Positions 12,252-25,853 are shown, counted from the stretch's first letter. The stretch is 64,000 nt of DNA from Eledone cirrhosa (GCA_964016885.1 OZ024746.1:97774001-97838000); one strand, 5' to 3'. The notes: generated from the letters alone by a model not told the origin. Program-made: numbers and translations.

Positions 12252-14418
12252 GGATTCATATTCCAGTGATGACCAGGGCTAATCAACCAAACAAATACTA
12301 CTGATTCTAAAAGCTGCACAAAGTGGAGAGGAATTGTAACCATCTGCTATTATAATTGAACTGATTAGCCATCTTGGCTTGCAGCACATGAGTGAAAATA
12401 GATGAAAGAGATTAACTATGACAAGTTTTCCTTTTTTATCTCATCTTCTGCATCACTCCCTCACTAACCTCCTGGTTTTCATTTTCTCCATCTTCTTTAG
12501 CCATGGTCTTTCTTGGACTCCCACTTTCTCTACATCCTTACCCCCCACCACCACCACCATTCCTCTCACCTAAATAGTTTCATCCTTCCTCAACATAACA
12601 CCCTGCCTTATCATTCTATTTTTCTTGACAAAATTCATCTCTTGTTCTAATTCCATCATCTTCTGCAACTTATTATTTGTCTTCATCTCTTTTAGTGATT
12701 AAGCCGAACAAAAATTGAAATATATTTTCCATTCGTAAATTATAGAGATCTTTTTTTCATTGTCACTTTCTATTTTGCAATCCTAAAGAATAATAACAGA
12801 CTAGGAACTAATATAATGCTTATGAAAATTGCTTTCGTTTTCCATTTACAAATTGCTTTATATTTTCATTTAGGCATCTTTCAGAATCATACACTTTCAA
12901 TTAACTGTTGCTGTGATAAACCTCTATAATGTGATAATGACAACAACAACATCAATGTTTTAAGAGTAAAAATATGCAGGAAAATAAATTTAAAAATAAC
13001 AAATTTGATTGTGTAGTGGCCAGGCTTAGAGTTTCTGAGCCAGTTTTAAACTAATACCAGAGGCTAATAATACTTAATATTTTTTTTAGTTTGTATTTAC
13101 CAAAAATAATCTTGCAATGAGAAAGAAAATCAGAACAATGGAGTATGCCATGGGGATGAGAATGTTGAATATCTCATTGAAAACTACAGTTGTGTGTAAA
13201 GAGATAAGAAAGACAGCAATTAAAAATAGCCAAAAAAGAGACAGGAAATGGCAAAAAAACAAAGTGGAAGTGGGCAGGATATTTAGTCATCATCAGGATG
13301 GCTCTTCTTTCCCATACTGCCAGATCTGTCCTTCCTTACCCTTGACAGAAAGGTAGACCATAACATGAATTTGATAAATATATGTAAACACATTGAGAAT
13401 AAAAATTGATTAATCATTCAATAGATGGATGAAAAGAATCATTAAGTGGATTCAGAGAGAGAGAGAGAGAGGACTACATTGAATACATGAAGGTGATCGG
13501 GGGGGGGGGGGGGGGGTAGAAGACCAATTTGGAGAAGAATTGCAATGAACATGAAAAAATGAAAGGATCTTGAAGTGGAATACATATGACTGCTATATAC
13601 TAAAAACCAAAGGAGACTCTTATAAAATTCTATAGAGTTTTAATGGTTTATATTTTATATTTATTTCGAATCAAGTAGATAGACACACACATGTTTATTT
13701 AGATTCTGTATGAATTTATTCAACAATCCACTGTTTACACATCTTTCTTGGTCTTTCATGAGGAATCTTAAAGTGTAGTTATTATGATTGTAATTGAACT
13801 AAAATAAACAAAAATGTAAATAAGAGAAGATGTAGAATAGGTAAAAAGAAATGGTATATAAGTGAAGTATATAGTCAGATAAATTAATGAACCAGGGAAA
13901 ATGGAAATCTCAATGTAAATTCAATATACAATATAGTTAGAAGATCATGTAATTAGATAACATTAATAATTAATTGTAAATATGAAAATCTAGAATTGAA
14001 ATCAGAACTAAAAATGAAATTTAGATATCAAATAGATATAGATCTGATTGTTTTAATTTTGAAACTAAAATTGAATATTTGAACTATCATTAGAGCGTCA
14101 GACAATTTATTTTTATTATTTTATAATATTGAATAATGATTGTTTCTACTTTTGGCACAAGGTCAGAAATTATCCCATGGCAGTATCGGTAGAGGGTTGG
14201 ACGCCATGCTTTCTAGCATAGTTACATCCCTTTACAGTTTGAGTTCAAATCCCGTCGAGGTTAACTTTGTCTTTCATCCTTACAAGGGTCGATAAAATAA
14301 AGTACCAGTAATGCACTGGGTAATTGCTGGCCTTGTGCCAAAAGTAGAAACAATTAGTGATTTGTTTGCAAGCAAACAGCTTCATTATGCTATGTTTTCT
14401 TTTCTCCTTTCTTTTTAG

Positions 14419-14534
14419 ATGAACATTGCCATTCTTTTGTTCTAGCAGTGACAAAGGGAACATTATTATTCGATATAAAACCCACAAAAACATTTTATGT
14501 ATCCGCTGTGTTAGAGCGAAAAACAAAATTCTGA
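14419..14534 (+). CDS. Candidate terminal coding exon (phase 1): EHCHSFVLAVTKGTLLFDIKPTKTFYVSAVLERKTKF*
   Basis: Strong polypyrimidine acceptor ttttcttttctcctttctttttag, 38-codon frame ending in TGA, unique sequence. Confidence 0.45.
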
Positions 14535-14837
14535 TTTTGTTTTTAAAAAAGATTTTCTTTAACCGTTATGGAGATCATTAAAAACACTAAGGGAAGATCA
14601 AAATAAATAAAGAATAGTTGAAAGAGGTCAACTATGAGAACAGAGTTTAAGGATTCAGAGTAGAAGGGAGAGGAAGATACAGCAAGTGAGAGAGGAAAGG
14701 CAGAGCAAGAAAAAGGGAGAGTGAGTGAAATACAACAAAACAAGATTGAAAGAAAAAGTATAATTAAGTCACAAAGAAAAAATCAACAGCGCATATGTGC
14801 TTATGGATGTGTGCGCATGTATATATGTGTTTATGTG

Positions 14838-15723
14838 TAGAGGCAGCTGTTCTGAAAACACAGTAACCAGAGTGAGATCGAGTTGGAGAAAGTTCAGGGA
14901 GCTACTACTGTTGCTAACTACAAAAGGTTTTCCCCACAAAATGAAAGGCAGGCTATATGATGCATGTATACGAACAACAATGTTGCACAACAGCGAGACA
15001 TTTGCACTGTATGCTGAGGACCTGCAAAGATTGGAAAGAAATGAAGCCTCCGTGGTTTGCTGGATTTACAATAGCAATATATGTGAACAGCAAAGTATAA
15101 ATGCACTGTATGAGAAATTAGGCATAAGAGGGGTCAGATGTAGTGTGCAGGAGAGAAGTGCATTGGTGTGGAATTGGTATGAAGGATGACAGCTGTATAA
15201 AAAGGTGCAGAGCGTTCAAAGTTGATGGTAGCCATGGAGTGGACAGGCCTAGGAAGACTTGAGATGAGGTAATCAAAGCTGACCCTGCACAATTACACCT
15301 CTCAAAGACAATGACACAGGATTGCAACCGCTGGTGCCCTCCCATATGCTTGAGTTGAGACATAGATCTAATAGACAACACCTTCCTCTACATCCTTCCC
15401 TCCCTTTCATCTCCCTTTGCAGTAACCATCCCTCCCCTGTTACCTACGTCCACAATTTCCCCAAGCTTCCACCCCCCTCCCTCTTTAGTTCCAAGACAAA
15501 AGCGCCCAGTCTACACTGTAATGTGGTCATGTCGGTGACATGACAAAAAGCACCCAGCACACTGTAAATGTGGTTGGTGTTAGGAAGGGCATCCAGCTGT
15601 AGAAATCAAACGAAAATCTGCCCCAGGTGAGCTCATGGTCTTCTGACCTGATTCTCTCCCTAAGGGTCAACCCGTCCTACCCATGCTAGCGTGGAAAATG
15701 GACGTTAAACGAAGTTGATGATG
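14838..15723 (+). mobile_element. Degenerate 5'-truncated RTE LINE
   Basis: GSCSENTVTRVRSSWRKFRELL...MKGRLYDACIRTTMLH is homologous to 18676-20880; 3' UTR and gat tail present. Confidence 0.9.
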
Positions 15724-16649
15724 TTACTAAATACTTACTATTATATCGACCCCGTAAGGATGAAAGGCAAAGTCATCCCGCCGAGGTTAACTTTGCCTTT
15801 CATCCTTACGGGGTCGATAAAATAAAGTACCAGTAATGCACTGGGTATTTGCTGGCCTTGTGCCTAAAGTAGAAACAATTATATGATAATAATGAAATTG
15901 TTCATGGTAGAGTCTTTATCTCACATAATATCAAATCTATGAGATTTTGATATTTATTTTGAGAACAATACCTTAACATCAGTATGAGCTGCTGGTTACT
16001 GCCAGGTAGAACATAAAGAGGTGAGAGAATTCTGGTTGGCTATGGCTGGTTTAAATGCTAAAGGGTTAATTTAACTGTGAGTGCAACTAAAAGTGCCTGC
16101 TTTTTTTCCCCATTAAGGGATACAATATAGAATATTTATTCTTTATTTTACATGGTGTAAAAATATATGATTTTAATAAGACTGAACCAAAATAACCCTA
16201 AAATTTCTCAGCAGGGTATAAAATGAACTGCTAATATAGAATTCAAGTTAATTAAATTAGATTACTTGTGCTAAAATGCAATTACTACCTGTAACACCTG
16301 CTGAAAAAATACAGTACAGTTATTGTGGAAAACAGCGAAGAATAAAATTTACTTTGGATTAATTTTGTGTGTGTGTGTATATATATATATATTCATTCAG
16401 CAAGAATCTTGATTTGAGATCGTCTGTTGAAACCGATATTGTTAGGGGGGGGGGGGGGGGTCATTTTGCCAGTTGAACATACACACCATATATCTTTCAT
16501 TTTATCTTTATTCTTCTGTCCAATCTGTGACTTCTTCAATGACTATCGATTTTTTTGTGCCTATTCTTTTTCTGGTCTTACATATCTATTTCATTTTGTC
16601 AACAAAATGAGGTGGTGTGTGACAAAAGGGGGCTAGAGGGGGGGGGGGG

Positions 16650-16870
16650 GGGTCTCATACACAAAAAATTAGAATACACAGCAAATTTTACATATGAAAG
16701 TAAGCTTGGTGCAAATAATTGGAATTGAAAAGTTATACATTAAATTCAAAAATTCTAACCATCCTAAAACTATAAAGCCCAGCTGAGGGCACAAACAAAT
16801 TGCTACAGCAGTCACTGCAGGAGGCCTGGGGAAATTGCCCCCTTTGCTTCCATTAAATTCAGCCCTGCTC
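16650..16870. repeat. Unclassified dispersed repeat (second copy about 43470-43725)
   Basis: Shared ctcatacacaaaaaattagaatacacagc...cccagctgagggcacaaa. Confidence 0.7.
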
Positions 16871-16986
16871 ATAAGGCTTGGCTATGGTAAAAAATACTTG
16901 CTCAAGATACTGTAGTGAGATTGAACCCAGAGCTGCATAATTATGAAACAAACAATTTAACCATTTGACCATGCTTACATCATTGT

Positions 16987-17250
16987 GAAGGCACGTGGCC
17001 TAGTGGTAAGCATTTTGGACTTACAATCGTAATGTCATATGTTTGATTTCTGAACTGGGTTGTGTGTGGTGTTCTTGAGCAAAACACTTCATTTCACTTT
17101 GCTCCAGTATACTCAGCTGAAAATGAGTACCAGCAATAATTAGGGGGTTTATCCCTGCGATGGACTGGCATCCTGTCCAGGGGAGAGTCTTGTACTCTCA
17201 GTTGCTTCATGCCATGAAATCGTGATAAGCACCAACTCAATGTGCTAGCT
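16987..17250 (+). mobile_element. tRNA-derived SINE family C (second copy 46354-46610)
   Basis: tggcctagtggtaag head and ttcttgagcaaaacacttcatttcac...actcagctgaaaatgagtaccag core. Confidence 0.75.
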
Positions 17251-18378
17251 TGTAGTACATGAGGGTATGCATGCATGCACTCCCTTATGTATATGCTCGC
17301 ACATAGAACTATTACGTATGTAATCACACACAGCTGAAGATACAGTGAAGCTTAAAGCATCCAAATAAGTAACTTGAAAGACAGTTAGATTTATGGGAGC
17401 ATAAATTTAAATTTAACTTCACTACGTACATTACAAATTCGAGGTAGTGACCATAAATATGCAACAAATATAATTAACTAAAATTTGCTGTGGAAAACAG
17501 AAAAAGTGTAGACATTCTGTCAGCAAAGACACTACCTAATAACATTTACTTAATGCTAGTGGAATTGAAAGATACTGAGAGTGGGAAAGACTCAATCTCT
17601 CTTATATACATATATATACACCAGGTCCGAACACAAAAGAACAAAACTTCCACTGCCCCCATCTCTCCCATTCTCCCCATCTCTCACTATTGTGAGCAAA
17701 TAGCCACCCGCACCCTGGCTGCCCCGTGGCTCTGTGTTTACAGAAAGGATTCTGGTGTTGCTATAAACATAACTTTCTCTTGAACCAGTAGCAATTGAAT
17801 CTTTCTTTCCTCTCGTTCAATCTCTCTTATACATTATTAAATATTTAAGAAATGTAATATAAATATGAGGTTTACATTCTGAGCTGTGTACCTGAAGATT
17901 ATTAGTTCCAATCTATATTATGACAGCTGTCATATGTCAGCCATGACTGAGGAGACAGACCTATGCTCAGAGGTGTGTTAGCCATGATAATTTCATCATA
18001 TTTGAAGATGGAAATATGTGATCTGGTGACTGTTGGTTTGACAACCTTCGTGTTATCTCCAGTTCTACACGCACAATTATAATTTCTTAAAATGTTTCAT
18101 GCTTATTTGAGTAATTTTGGAGCATAGCATTAATAAAAGTGGTTTTCACATTGATTTGTTGTTCCAAATGTAATCGTAATTTGATTTGCTATAAATTACA
18201 CACAAGTCTTGTGATTATCAAGTAGTTGTCCCAAATTCTCTTAACTATAGATGAGTGATATTTCCTTGAAATCATAATTGGTATAACCATGTTGTCACTA
18301 TATAGTCTTGCTACTAGATCAATAATATACTTAATGACATTATCATCATCTGTTGTTGTTATATTTGGGCAGGGTCAT

Positions 18379-20874
18379 CATCATCATCATCATCACCGTT
18401 TTACGTCCGTTCTTCCACGCTAGCATGGGTTAGACGGGTTGTCCTGTTGTGGGCAGTGTCTGGTCGGCTGACCATGCCTTGCTCATACAGGAACTGATCT
18501 GGCTTGATTTCTACAGCTGGATGCCCTTCCTAACACCAACCTCATTTACAGTGAGTGCTGGGTGCTTTTTCGTGGCGCCTACACGTCCACTTTACAGTGT
18601 GGGCTGGGTGCTTTTTTGCCGTGGCACCTCCACCACCACCTTGCGGTGGGGGGGGGGGCATATTGTTTATATGCTTCAGCATGTACCCATGGGAGGTCGG
18701 GTACCCTGTATTACTGCGTGACGCCAGAAGTCACGGTCGTGTGTCATTGACTTTGAGAGGTGTAGTTGGGTAAGGTCGGCTTTTATCACCTCATCCCAAG
18801 TCATCTTGGGTCTCCCCACTCCGCGGTTTCCATCAACTTCTAGTGCTCTGCACCTTTTTATGCAGCTGTCATCCTTCATACGCATCACATGTCCATACCA
18901 GCGTAACCGCCTCTCCTGCACGCAGCATTTGATTCCTCTTATGCTCAGTCTCTCTCTCAATTCATTTATGCTTTGTCGTTCACGTATATTACTGTTACAC
19001 ATCCATCGGAGCATGCAGGCTTCGTTTCTCTCTAATCTACGTAAGTCTTCCACCTTCAGCGCCCAGGTCTCACTACCATGCAACATCGCTGTTCGGATAC
19101 ACGCATCATACAGTCTGCCTTTCATTCTGAGGGAGAAGCCTTTTGCAGCTAGCAGTGGTAGTAGTTCCCTAAACTTCTTCCATCCCGTTCTTACCCTAGT
19201 TATTGTACTTTCTGAGCACCCACCTCCGTTGCTAATTCGGTCACCTAGGTAGCAGAAGCTGTCTACTGTTTCTACAGGGCCCTCCCAGAGATTGGTGGTA
19301 CTTGTTTCCTGTGGCTGTTTGCTTGCTGTTTCAGCACAGCTGCTGCATGTGAATCCTACATTCTTAATTAAGCTTCCTGAGATCCCGCTACATCTCTTGT
19401 GTACCCATTGTTTGCATTTGGGGCAAAGAATGGAGTTCCTACCTACACCTTTCCTACATACTGAGCAAGGCCATTTCCCTGAGGGGATCTGGGTTCTGTT
19501 TTCTCGTCTACTTATAAGGACCTTAGTCTTTGTCATGTTGACTTTGAGGCCCTTTCTCTCTAGTCCCTGCTTCCAGGTTTGGAATTTATTCTCTAGTTCT
19601 ACCATAGATTCAGCTATGAGTGCGAGGTCATCAGCATACAGGAGTTCCCATGGGCATCCGGTCTTAAACTCCTCCGTTATTGCCTGCAGGACTATGATGA
19701 ACAGGAGAGGGCTAAGAACAGAGCCCTGGTGGACCCCAACCTGTACGCTAAATTCCTCGCTATACTCATTGCCAATCCTAACTTTGCTGACTGCTCCCCT
19801 ATACATGGCTTGTACCGCTTTCACAAGCCATTCATCTACTCCTAGTTTTCTAAGAGCCCACCAGATTACTGCACGTGGAACTCTGTCAAAGGCTTTCTCA
19901 AGGTCGACAAATGCCAAGTAGAGTGGCTTACTTTTAGCTAGGTACTTTTCCTGTAATTGCCTCACAAGGAAGAGCGCATCAGTGGTGCCTTTCCCTGGTA
20001 CAAACCCAAATTGCATCTCGTCTATATTCACCCGGTCCCTAATCAGCTGTGCTATAACTCTTTCTGTTACTTTCATGACCTGGTCCATCAACTTTATACC
20101 TCTATAGTTTCCTCTATCTAGTGCATCGCCTTTACCTTTGTAGCAGTTGACAATGATGCTACTGCACCAATCTTTTGGTATGGCCCCCTCTAGTATTACC
20201 TGGTTAACGATACGTGTGGTTATAGTGTGACCTACAGACCCAGATGCCTTCAGCATCTCGGCAGCTATACCCGATGGACCGGTTGCCTTCCCTATCTTCA
20301 TATCTCTGATTGCCTTACTTACTACGCTGCCGCTGACTTGTACTGCTGGTCCCTCTATAGGGTCTACGTGGGGTAGGGTCTCTTCTTCCCATGCATTCTC
20401 CTCATTTAGTAATCTATCATAATGACTCTTCCATGCATCTTTCTTCTCAGCACTTGTGAGGGCAAGCTCACCTTTATCATTCCGGATACACTTCTCTCCA
20501 ATGACATCACAACTATCTCTGACACACTGCCTCGCAATCTTGAATACCTCCTGTTTCTGGTCCTCACGTTGTAAAAGATGCTTGAATTTTCTATCCTCTG
20601 CTTCCCTCCTAGCTAAGTATACTTGTCGCCTAGCTTCCCTCTTGGTCTCTATGTAATGTACCCTGCTCCCCCCGTTCTTCCATTCTTTCCATGCCTGTCT
20701 CTTGGCCTTGACTGCTTCATCTACCTTATTGTTCCACCACCAAGTCACTCTCCTCCTGCTTGAGGTCTTACTCCAGCCACAAACCTCATCCGTCGCCTCT
20801 AGTAAGTTATTTTTTAGGAACTCCCAGTTCTCTTCTACGTTAAATGTCTCTATCTGTTCTTCTTTACTGTCGTA
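18379..20874 (-). mobile_element. Young 5'-truncated RTE-clade LINE with (GAT)n tail and ggtcat TSD
   Basis: RT ORF, 3' UTR and (cat)n on the plus strand at 18376-18395; ggtcat at 18373-18378 and 20875-20880. Confidence 0.95.
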
Positions 20875-20880
20875 GGTCAT
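18676..20880 (-). CDS. RTE LINE ORF remnant: reverse transcriptase plus Cys-rich PHD-like finger, endonuclease missing
   Basis: Motifs GNYRGIKL, QFGF, FVDLEKAFDRV, GVHQGSVLSP, LLYADD, FCYLG, RRLRWYGHV; CSVC...CPKCKQWVHKRC...CSSC; the apparent ATG lies inside the TSD. Confidence 0.93.
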   Translation of the reverse strand: MTYDSKEEQIETFNVEENWEFLKNNLLEATDEVCGWSKTSSRRRVTWWWNNKVDEAVKAKRQAWKEWKNGGSRVHYIETKREARRQVYLARREAEDRKFKHLLQREDQKQEVFKIARQCVRDSCDVIGEKCIRNDKGELALTSAEKKDAWKSHYDRLLNEENAWEEETLPHVDPIEGPAVQVSGSVVSKAIRDMKIGKATGPSGIAAEMLKASGSVGHTITTRIVNQVILEGAIPKDWCSSIIVNCYKGKGDALDRGNYRGIKLMDQVMKVTERVIAQLIRDRVNIDEMQFGFVPGKGTTDALFLVRQLQEKYLAKSKPLYLAFVDLEKAFDRVPRAVIWWALRKLGVDEWLVKAVQAMYRGAVSKVRIGNEYSEEFSVQVGVHQGSVLSPLLFIIVLQAITEEFKTGCPWELLYADDLALIAESMVELENKFQTWKQGLERKGLKVNMTKTKVLISRRENRTQIPSGKWPCSVCRKGVGRNSILCPKCKQWVHKRCSGISGSLIKNVGFTCSSCAETASKQPQETSTTNLWEGPVETVDSFCYLGDRISNGGGCSESTITRVRTGWKKFRELLPLLAAKGFSLRMKGRLYDACIRTAMLHGSETWALKVEDLRRLERNEACMLRWMCNSNIRERQSINELRERLSIRGIKCCVQERRLRWYGHVMRMKDDSCIKRCRALEVDGNRGVGRPKMTWDEVIKADLTQLHLSKSMTHDRDFWRHAVIQGTRPPMGTC

Positions 20881-20989
20881 GTTGTCCTATATAAAAATAT
20901 ACTTAAGTGAAAACCAAACTAAATGGTGAGTCTGTTTTACTATTTTTGGCAATATTAGGATAACATGACCCTCCCCAAATATAATAAGT

Positions 20990-21240
20990 ATAATGAAATG
21001 TTGCAGTTTGCTTGAAGCATTGTATATAATATATTATATAATGTGGAAAGTGATATAAGGCTAAACATTGTAAAATAGACAATAAGATGATGGTTACGAA
21101 AAATTCAGTTACCTGATAATCTTTGTTTTTTGTTGCCTCAACAGAAACAAAGATTATTAAGTAACTGAATTTTTTGTTACCATCATCTTATCCATTTTAC
21201 ATTGTTTAGCTTATATCATCACTTTTCCCATTATATAATA
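20990..21240. repeat. Fold-back dispersed element, same family as 7461-8330
   Basis: Arms about 21035-21130 and 21142-21240 are reverse complements. Confidence 0.8.
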
Positions 21241-21286
21241 ACAATGTGTTTCAAACACAATTTCATATCGAAACTGTGCATTCCTC

Positions 21287-21516
21287 TTAACCCTTTACCA
21301 TTTACATTATTCTATATTTACTATTACATTTTCATGGTAAAGGTTTTTTTCTCACATAATTATTTCACATAATATTGAATCTATGAGATTTTGATATTAT
21401 TCATTTTGAGAACAATACCTTAATGTCAGTATGAGCGGCTGGTTACAGCCAGTTTGAACAAAAAGAGGTGAGAGAATTCTGGATGGATATGGTTGGTTTA
21501 AATGCTAAAGGGTTAA
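21287..21516. mobile_element. piggyBac-like MITE, opposite orientation
   Basis: TTAA-ccctttacc...gctaaaggg-TTAA. Confidence 0.85.
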
Positions 21517-21519
21517 AGC

Positions 21520-22050
21520 CAGCTTCTTCCTCAGCTCATCCAAGCTCAGCTTTTCTCTCACATTTATATTGCACATCTAACAAAGGATGGTTGCTTAATT
21601 TCTCTCCAGTCTACACATGTCCTTTGCAGTCACATCCCATGTTTCACTACCATACATCATTGCACTTTGCACACAGGCATCATACAGTCGTCAATGTGTA
21701 TGTAGGGAGAAACCTTTGTAGTCAACAGTGGGAGTAGCTCTCCAAACCTTTTCCATTCTATCCTTATTCCAACTATTATACTCTCAGCCCACACTCCTCT
21801 GCTGTTAATTAAGTCACCAAGATGGCAAAATCTATCAACCACTTCTATGGACCCTTCCTGTGACTAGAAAAGGCACACTTCCTCTCAATTACCCCTGTGC
21901 ATCTTCTACATACAAAGTCCTCCCTTCCCGTTAATCTACTCGTTATACGACTACATTTCTTATGCACCCAAGATTTATATTGTGTACATCTTATGGAGTT
22001 TATGCCTACTCCTTTTCTACATATTGAGCATGGCCACTTTACTTTTGATT
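21520..22050 (-). mobile_element. Degenerate RTE LINE fragment
   Basis: VDRFCHLGDLINSRG...IRIEWKRFGELLPLL peptide. Confidence 0.8.
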
Positions 22051-23239
22051 AAGTTTACTCTCAGACCTTTTGATTCCAAATTCTGTTCCCTAATAGGAAC
22101 TTATTTTGTAGTTATTTTATGATTTCAGGTATAAGGACCAAATTCAACTGCATAGAGAAATTCACATGGACAGCACATTTTAAACTCTTGTTATGGCCTG
22201 GAAAACTATTTCTTCACAGTTTTCATTGACCATATTTCACTGACATGACAGTCAACCCAAGTATAAAGCAGAAGGCATTCATCCAGAGTGTCTCACAGAG
22301 GGACAGAACCTGAAACCATGTGATGGCTGCATGAGTTCCTTAACAACACAGCCATATCTGTAAAAAAAGTGAAACCACTATATAAAATATAAAGAAAGTT
22401 GAATTTACAGCTCACACCTATGTAGGTTATGATGGCCTCCAATGAAACTGCATCTTATAGGAGGTTTCTTGGGTGTTTTAATGTTAGAGGCCCCAGTCAA
22501 ATTATGAAAAACATGAACTGAAGTGCCTTGTTCAAAAGCACAACATGATGCCCTGTCTAGGAATTGAACATCAGATCTTATGATCTTGGGTCCAACACCC
22601 ACCCGAACCACTAGGCCACATACCTTCAGGATGCTGAAGGTAGTTTTAAATAAATTTATCACTACACCAATTTCATACGACATGCAGAAGTTTCGGGGGG
22701 GTTTTGTCTTTAACAGTGGTTTCACTTTTCACTGAAATAAACATTGCAGGCAACAAAAACTTCTTGTGAAAATGAAGTTCACTGGAGCATAAAGTTTCTT
22801 ATAAATATAGATGATGTTATTTGTCCCCCTGGGATAAAAACAATAGTAAAGTTCTTTTATGGGATTTCATGTTTTTTTTTAAAGTAAATTAGTTTATGGT
22901 CCGTTTGGTGATGTAGAGATGGGAGTAGGACAGGTACATAAACGTGTGTGTGTGTGTGTGTGTATATATATGTGTTTGTGTGTGTGTATATATATGTGTG
23001 TGTGTGCATATATATATATTTATGTATATATATATATATATATATGTATATGTGTGTTTTATAAATTAAGTTGTTGGTTGTATAACCAACAACTTAATTT
23101 ATAAAATAATTTTTTTTAAGAAAAATTCTTTTTGGATTTTGTGAAGAAAATAAATTTGTTGAAAGCACAAGTGAAGCCATTTTTTCTTCCCCCCCCCCTG
23201 TCTTAATATACCTAACTGTACCAAGGATTACACACATTT

Positions 23240-23285
<46 letters not shown>

Positions 23286-23547
23286 TTATATATATATATT
23301 TATGTATATTTATATATATGTATGTATGTGTGTGTGTATATATATATATACACACATACACACGCATGTATGTATACATAAAATAAGGAAAAAGGAGAGT
23401 ACACACAAACACACGAATACATACGAGTGTGTAAGGTAATACATTCATACATGTATCCAGATAAATAAACATATATACATATATAAATTATATCTTTATG
23501 ATTGTTCTGTGGAATGGGAGGCTAATTATATGTTTAAACTTTGCCAA

Positions 23548-23594
23548 TGTTCCGATGATTCCAAACAAATGTTTGGAAGAAACGATTGTCAGCA
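23548..23594 (+). ncRNA. Type I hammerhead ribozyme fold with U4C substitution
   Basis: tgtt-CCGATGA-ttccaaaca/aa/tgtttggaa-GAAA-c gatt g-TC-agca. Confidence 0.6.
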
Positions 23595-24148
23595 ATAAAA
23601 TACTTTGAACATAGTTTTGATTATTCTGTAATTTATATTCCTGCTCTGTAAGACATCTGATGTATTTACATTGAGCTATTTTTCATACTGGTATTAAAGT
23701 GGTAAAAATAAAAAAATAGTGACCTTTCTTGTTTATAATTATATATAGTGTGTATATATGTATAAATAATATTATCATTATTATATACATATATGTATGT
23801 ATATAAATGTGGTTGGTGTTAGGAAGGGCATCCATTTGCAGAAACCAAGCCAAAATCAGTCCTGTATGAGCAAGTCATCGTCATCGGACCTGGCTTGTCT
23901 CACAACAGGGCAACCCGTCTAACCCATGTTTTTCTAATTGCTAATACATTCTATTGGTTGAAACTCAAGTAGAAATAAAGTGTCTTGCTCAAGGACATAA
24001 TGCATCGCCCTTTCCGGGACATATATATATGTATGATTCCAGTTCCTCAGAAGAATAACAACACACCAGGAGCTGGACATATCAATGTATTGACGGAGTA
24101 AAACACACTTCAACAACATGTGTACCTGTCTTTTCCACACCAATTCGG

Positions 24149-24203
24149 ACTGCCTGAAGAGGTCACAGCCAATGATGGCTGTCACCGAAATATATATAGC
24201 AGT
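24149..24203 (+). ncRNA. Minimal type I hammerhead ribozyme with intact core
   Basis: Stem I actgc/gcagt; CTGAAGA; stem II ggt-c-acagcca/tggctgt-c-acc; GAAA; stem III t-(atat)-a; AUA cleavage triplet. Confidence 0.85.
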
Positions 24204-24254
24204 ATATCTGTAATTTATAATAAACGAAGCCAAATTTTACATATTTGACTTAAT

Positions 24255-24285
<31 letters not shown>

Positions 24286-24905
24286 CATACATAAATATAT
24301 ACATATATATAAACATATACATATAAATATATCCATATATATATATAAGTACATATATATATTTATATAGATATAGATATTTACCTCCATATATACGCAT
24401 GCAGAGACAATGCATATATATATATATACAGTTAGGCCACCACATGGGATCCATGTGACTATACATGTAATCTCTGTTTCTATGTTAATAAAAGTTCCTC
24501 AGAAAAGACAACAAAAAACCTGCAAAGCACATGTATGCATATAATATATATATACATGTGTCTATGTACTTCTTGTATTCTCTTTAATACACATAATATA
24601 TATATATACTTTTGTATGTCATCATCATCATCATCGTTCAACGTCCATCTAGCATGGGTTGTATGTATATATATGTTTGTATGTATGGACGTGTGCATAT
24701 ATATACATACATAATATACACATATATATATATACATTTAGCTCTCTCTCTATATATATATTTATATACATATATATATACACATACACACAAATATATA
24801 CATATACACACATACATTTATCTCTCTCACTCTCTCTATCTCTCTATATATATATATACGCACACACATAAATACATATACACACACATATATATATATA
24901 CATAT

Positions 24906-24940
<35 letters not shown>

Positions 24941-25021
24941 CACACACATATATACACACATATATATACACACACACATATATATATATATATATACACA
25001 TACACATATATATACACACAC

Positions 25022-25104
<83 letters not shown>

Positions 25105-25646
25105 CACACATATATACACACAGACACACACACACATCTATATAACCACCGTGCAACATTTATCAAAATATTATTGCCATCTCGTACTGTCATCTGTTGT
25201 TGTGTTGGACAGCTTGTTTCTAGCTAGTCTTCTACAGCTGGATACTGGTGCAACCCTTTTTCAGTCAGCCCTTGTAGCAGGCAAGTATACTGTGAAATGT
25301 TCTTCTCTTCTGTCTGCATGCATAAACATCTATATGTGTATGTGCATCTATATGTTAGTATGTGTGTGCGCAAGTAAGTGCTTGTGTATGAGTGTATGTA
25401 TAAATGCGTGTGCGTATATATATATAAATATATATTAGTTGAAAAACGGACAAAACACAGGAGGCAATTTTACACAATTATATTAGTTTCACGCTTGGTG
25501 TTCAATTAACATTTAATATTCTACCATACTATTTCATTATAATATCTATAATTTTAAAGGATTGTAAATAAAACGAGTAAATCAGACAAAGTTGGAATTC
25601 CTTTTACTAATATAATCTTCTATACACAATCATACACACCCGTGTA

Positions 25647-25690
<44 letters not shown>

Positions 25691-25853
25691 TATATATATA
25701 TGTATATAGTAATAATAATATTTTAACAAATAAATATATATATAAATATTTATTAACATATTATTTCTATATACATATATATATGTGTGTGTGTGTGTGT
25801 GTATATATGTATATATATATGTGTGTGTGTGTGTGTATATATATATGTATATA

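Noticed and set aside
18806-20656. Plus-strand ORFs 18806-19252, 19292-19921 and 20456-20656
   Set aside because: Antisense shadows of the RTE RT ORF
22129-22229. Acceptor-like site followed by short open frames
   Set aside because: Two frames are similarly open with no recognisable peptide; expected by chance
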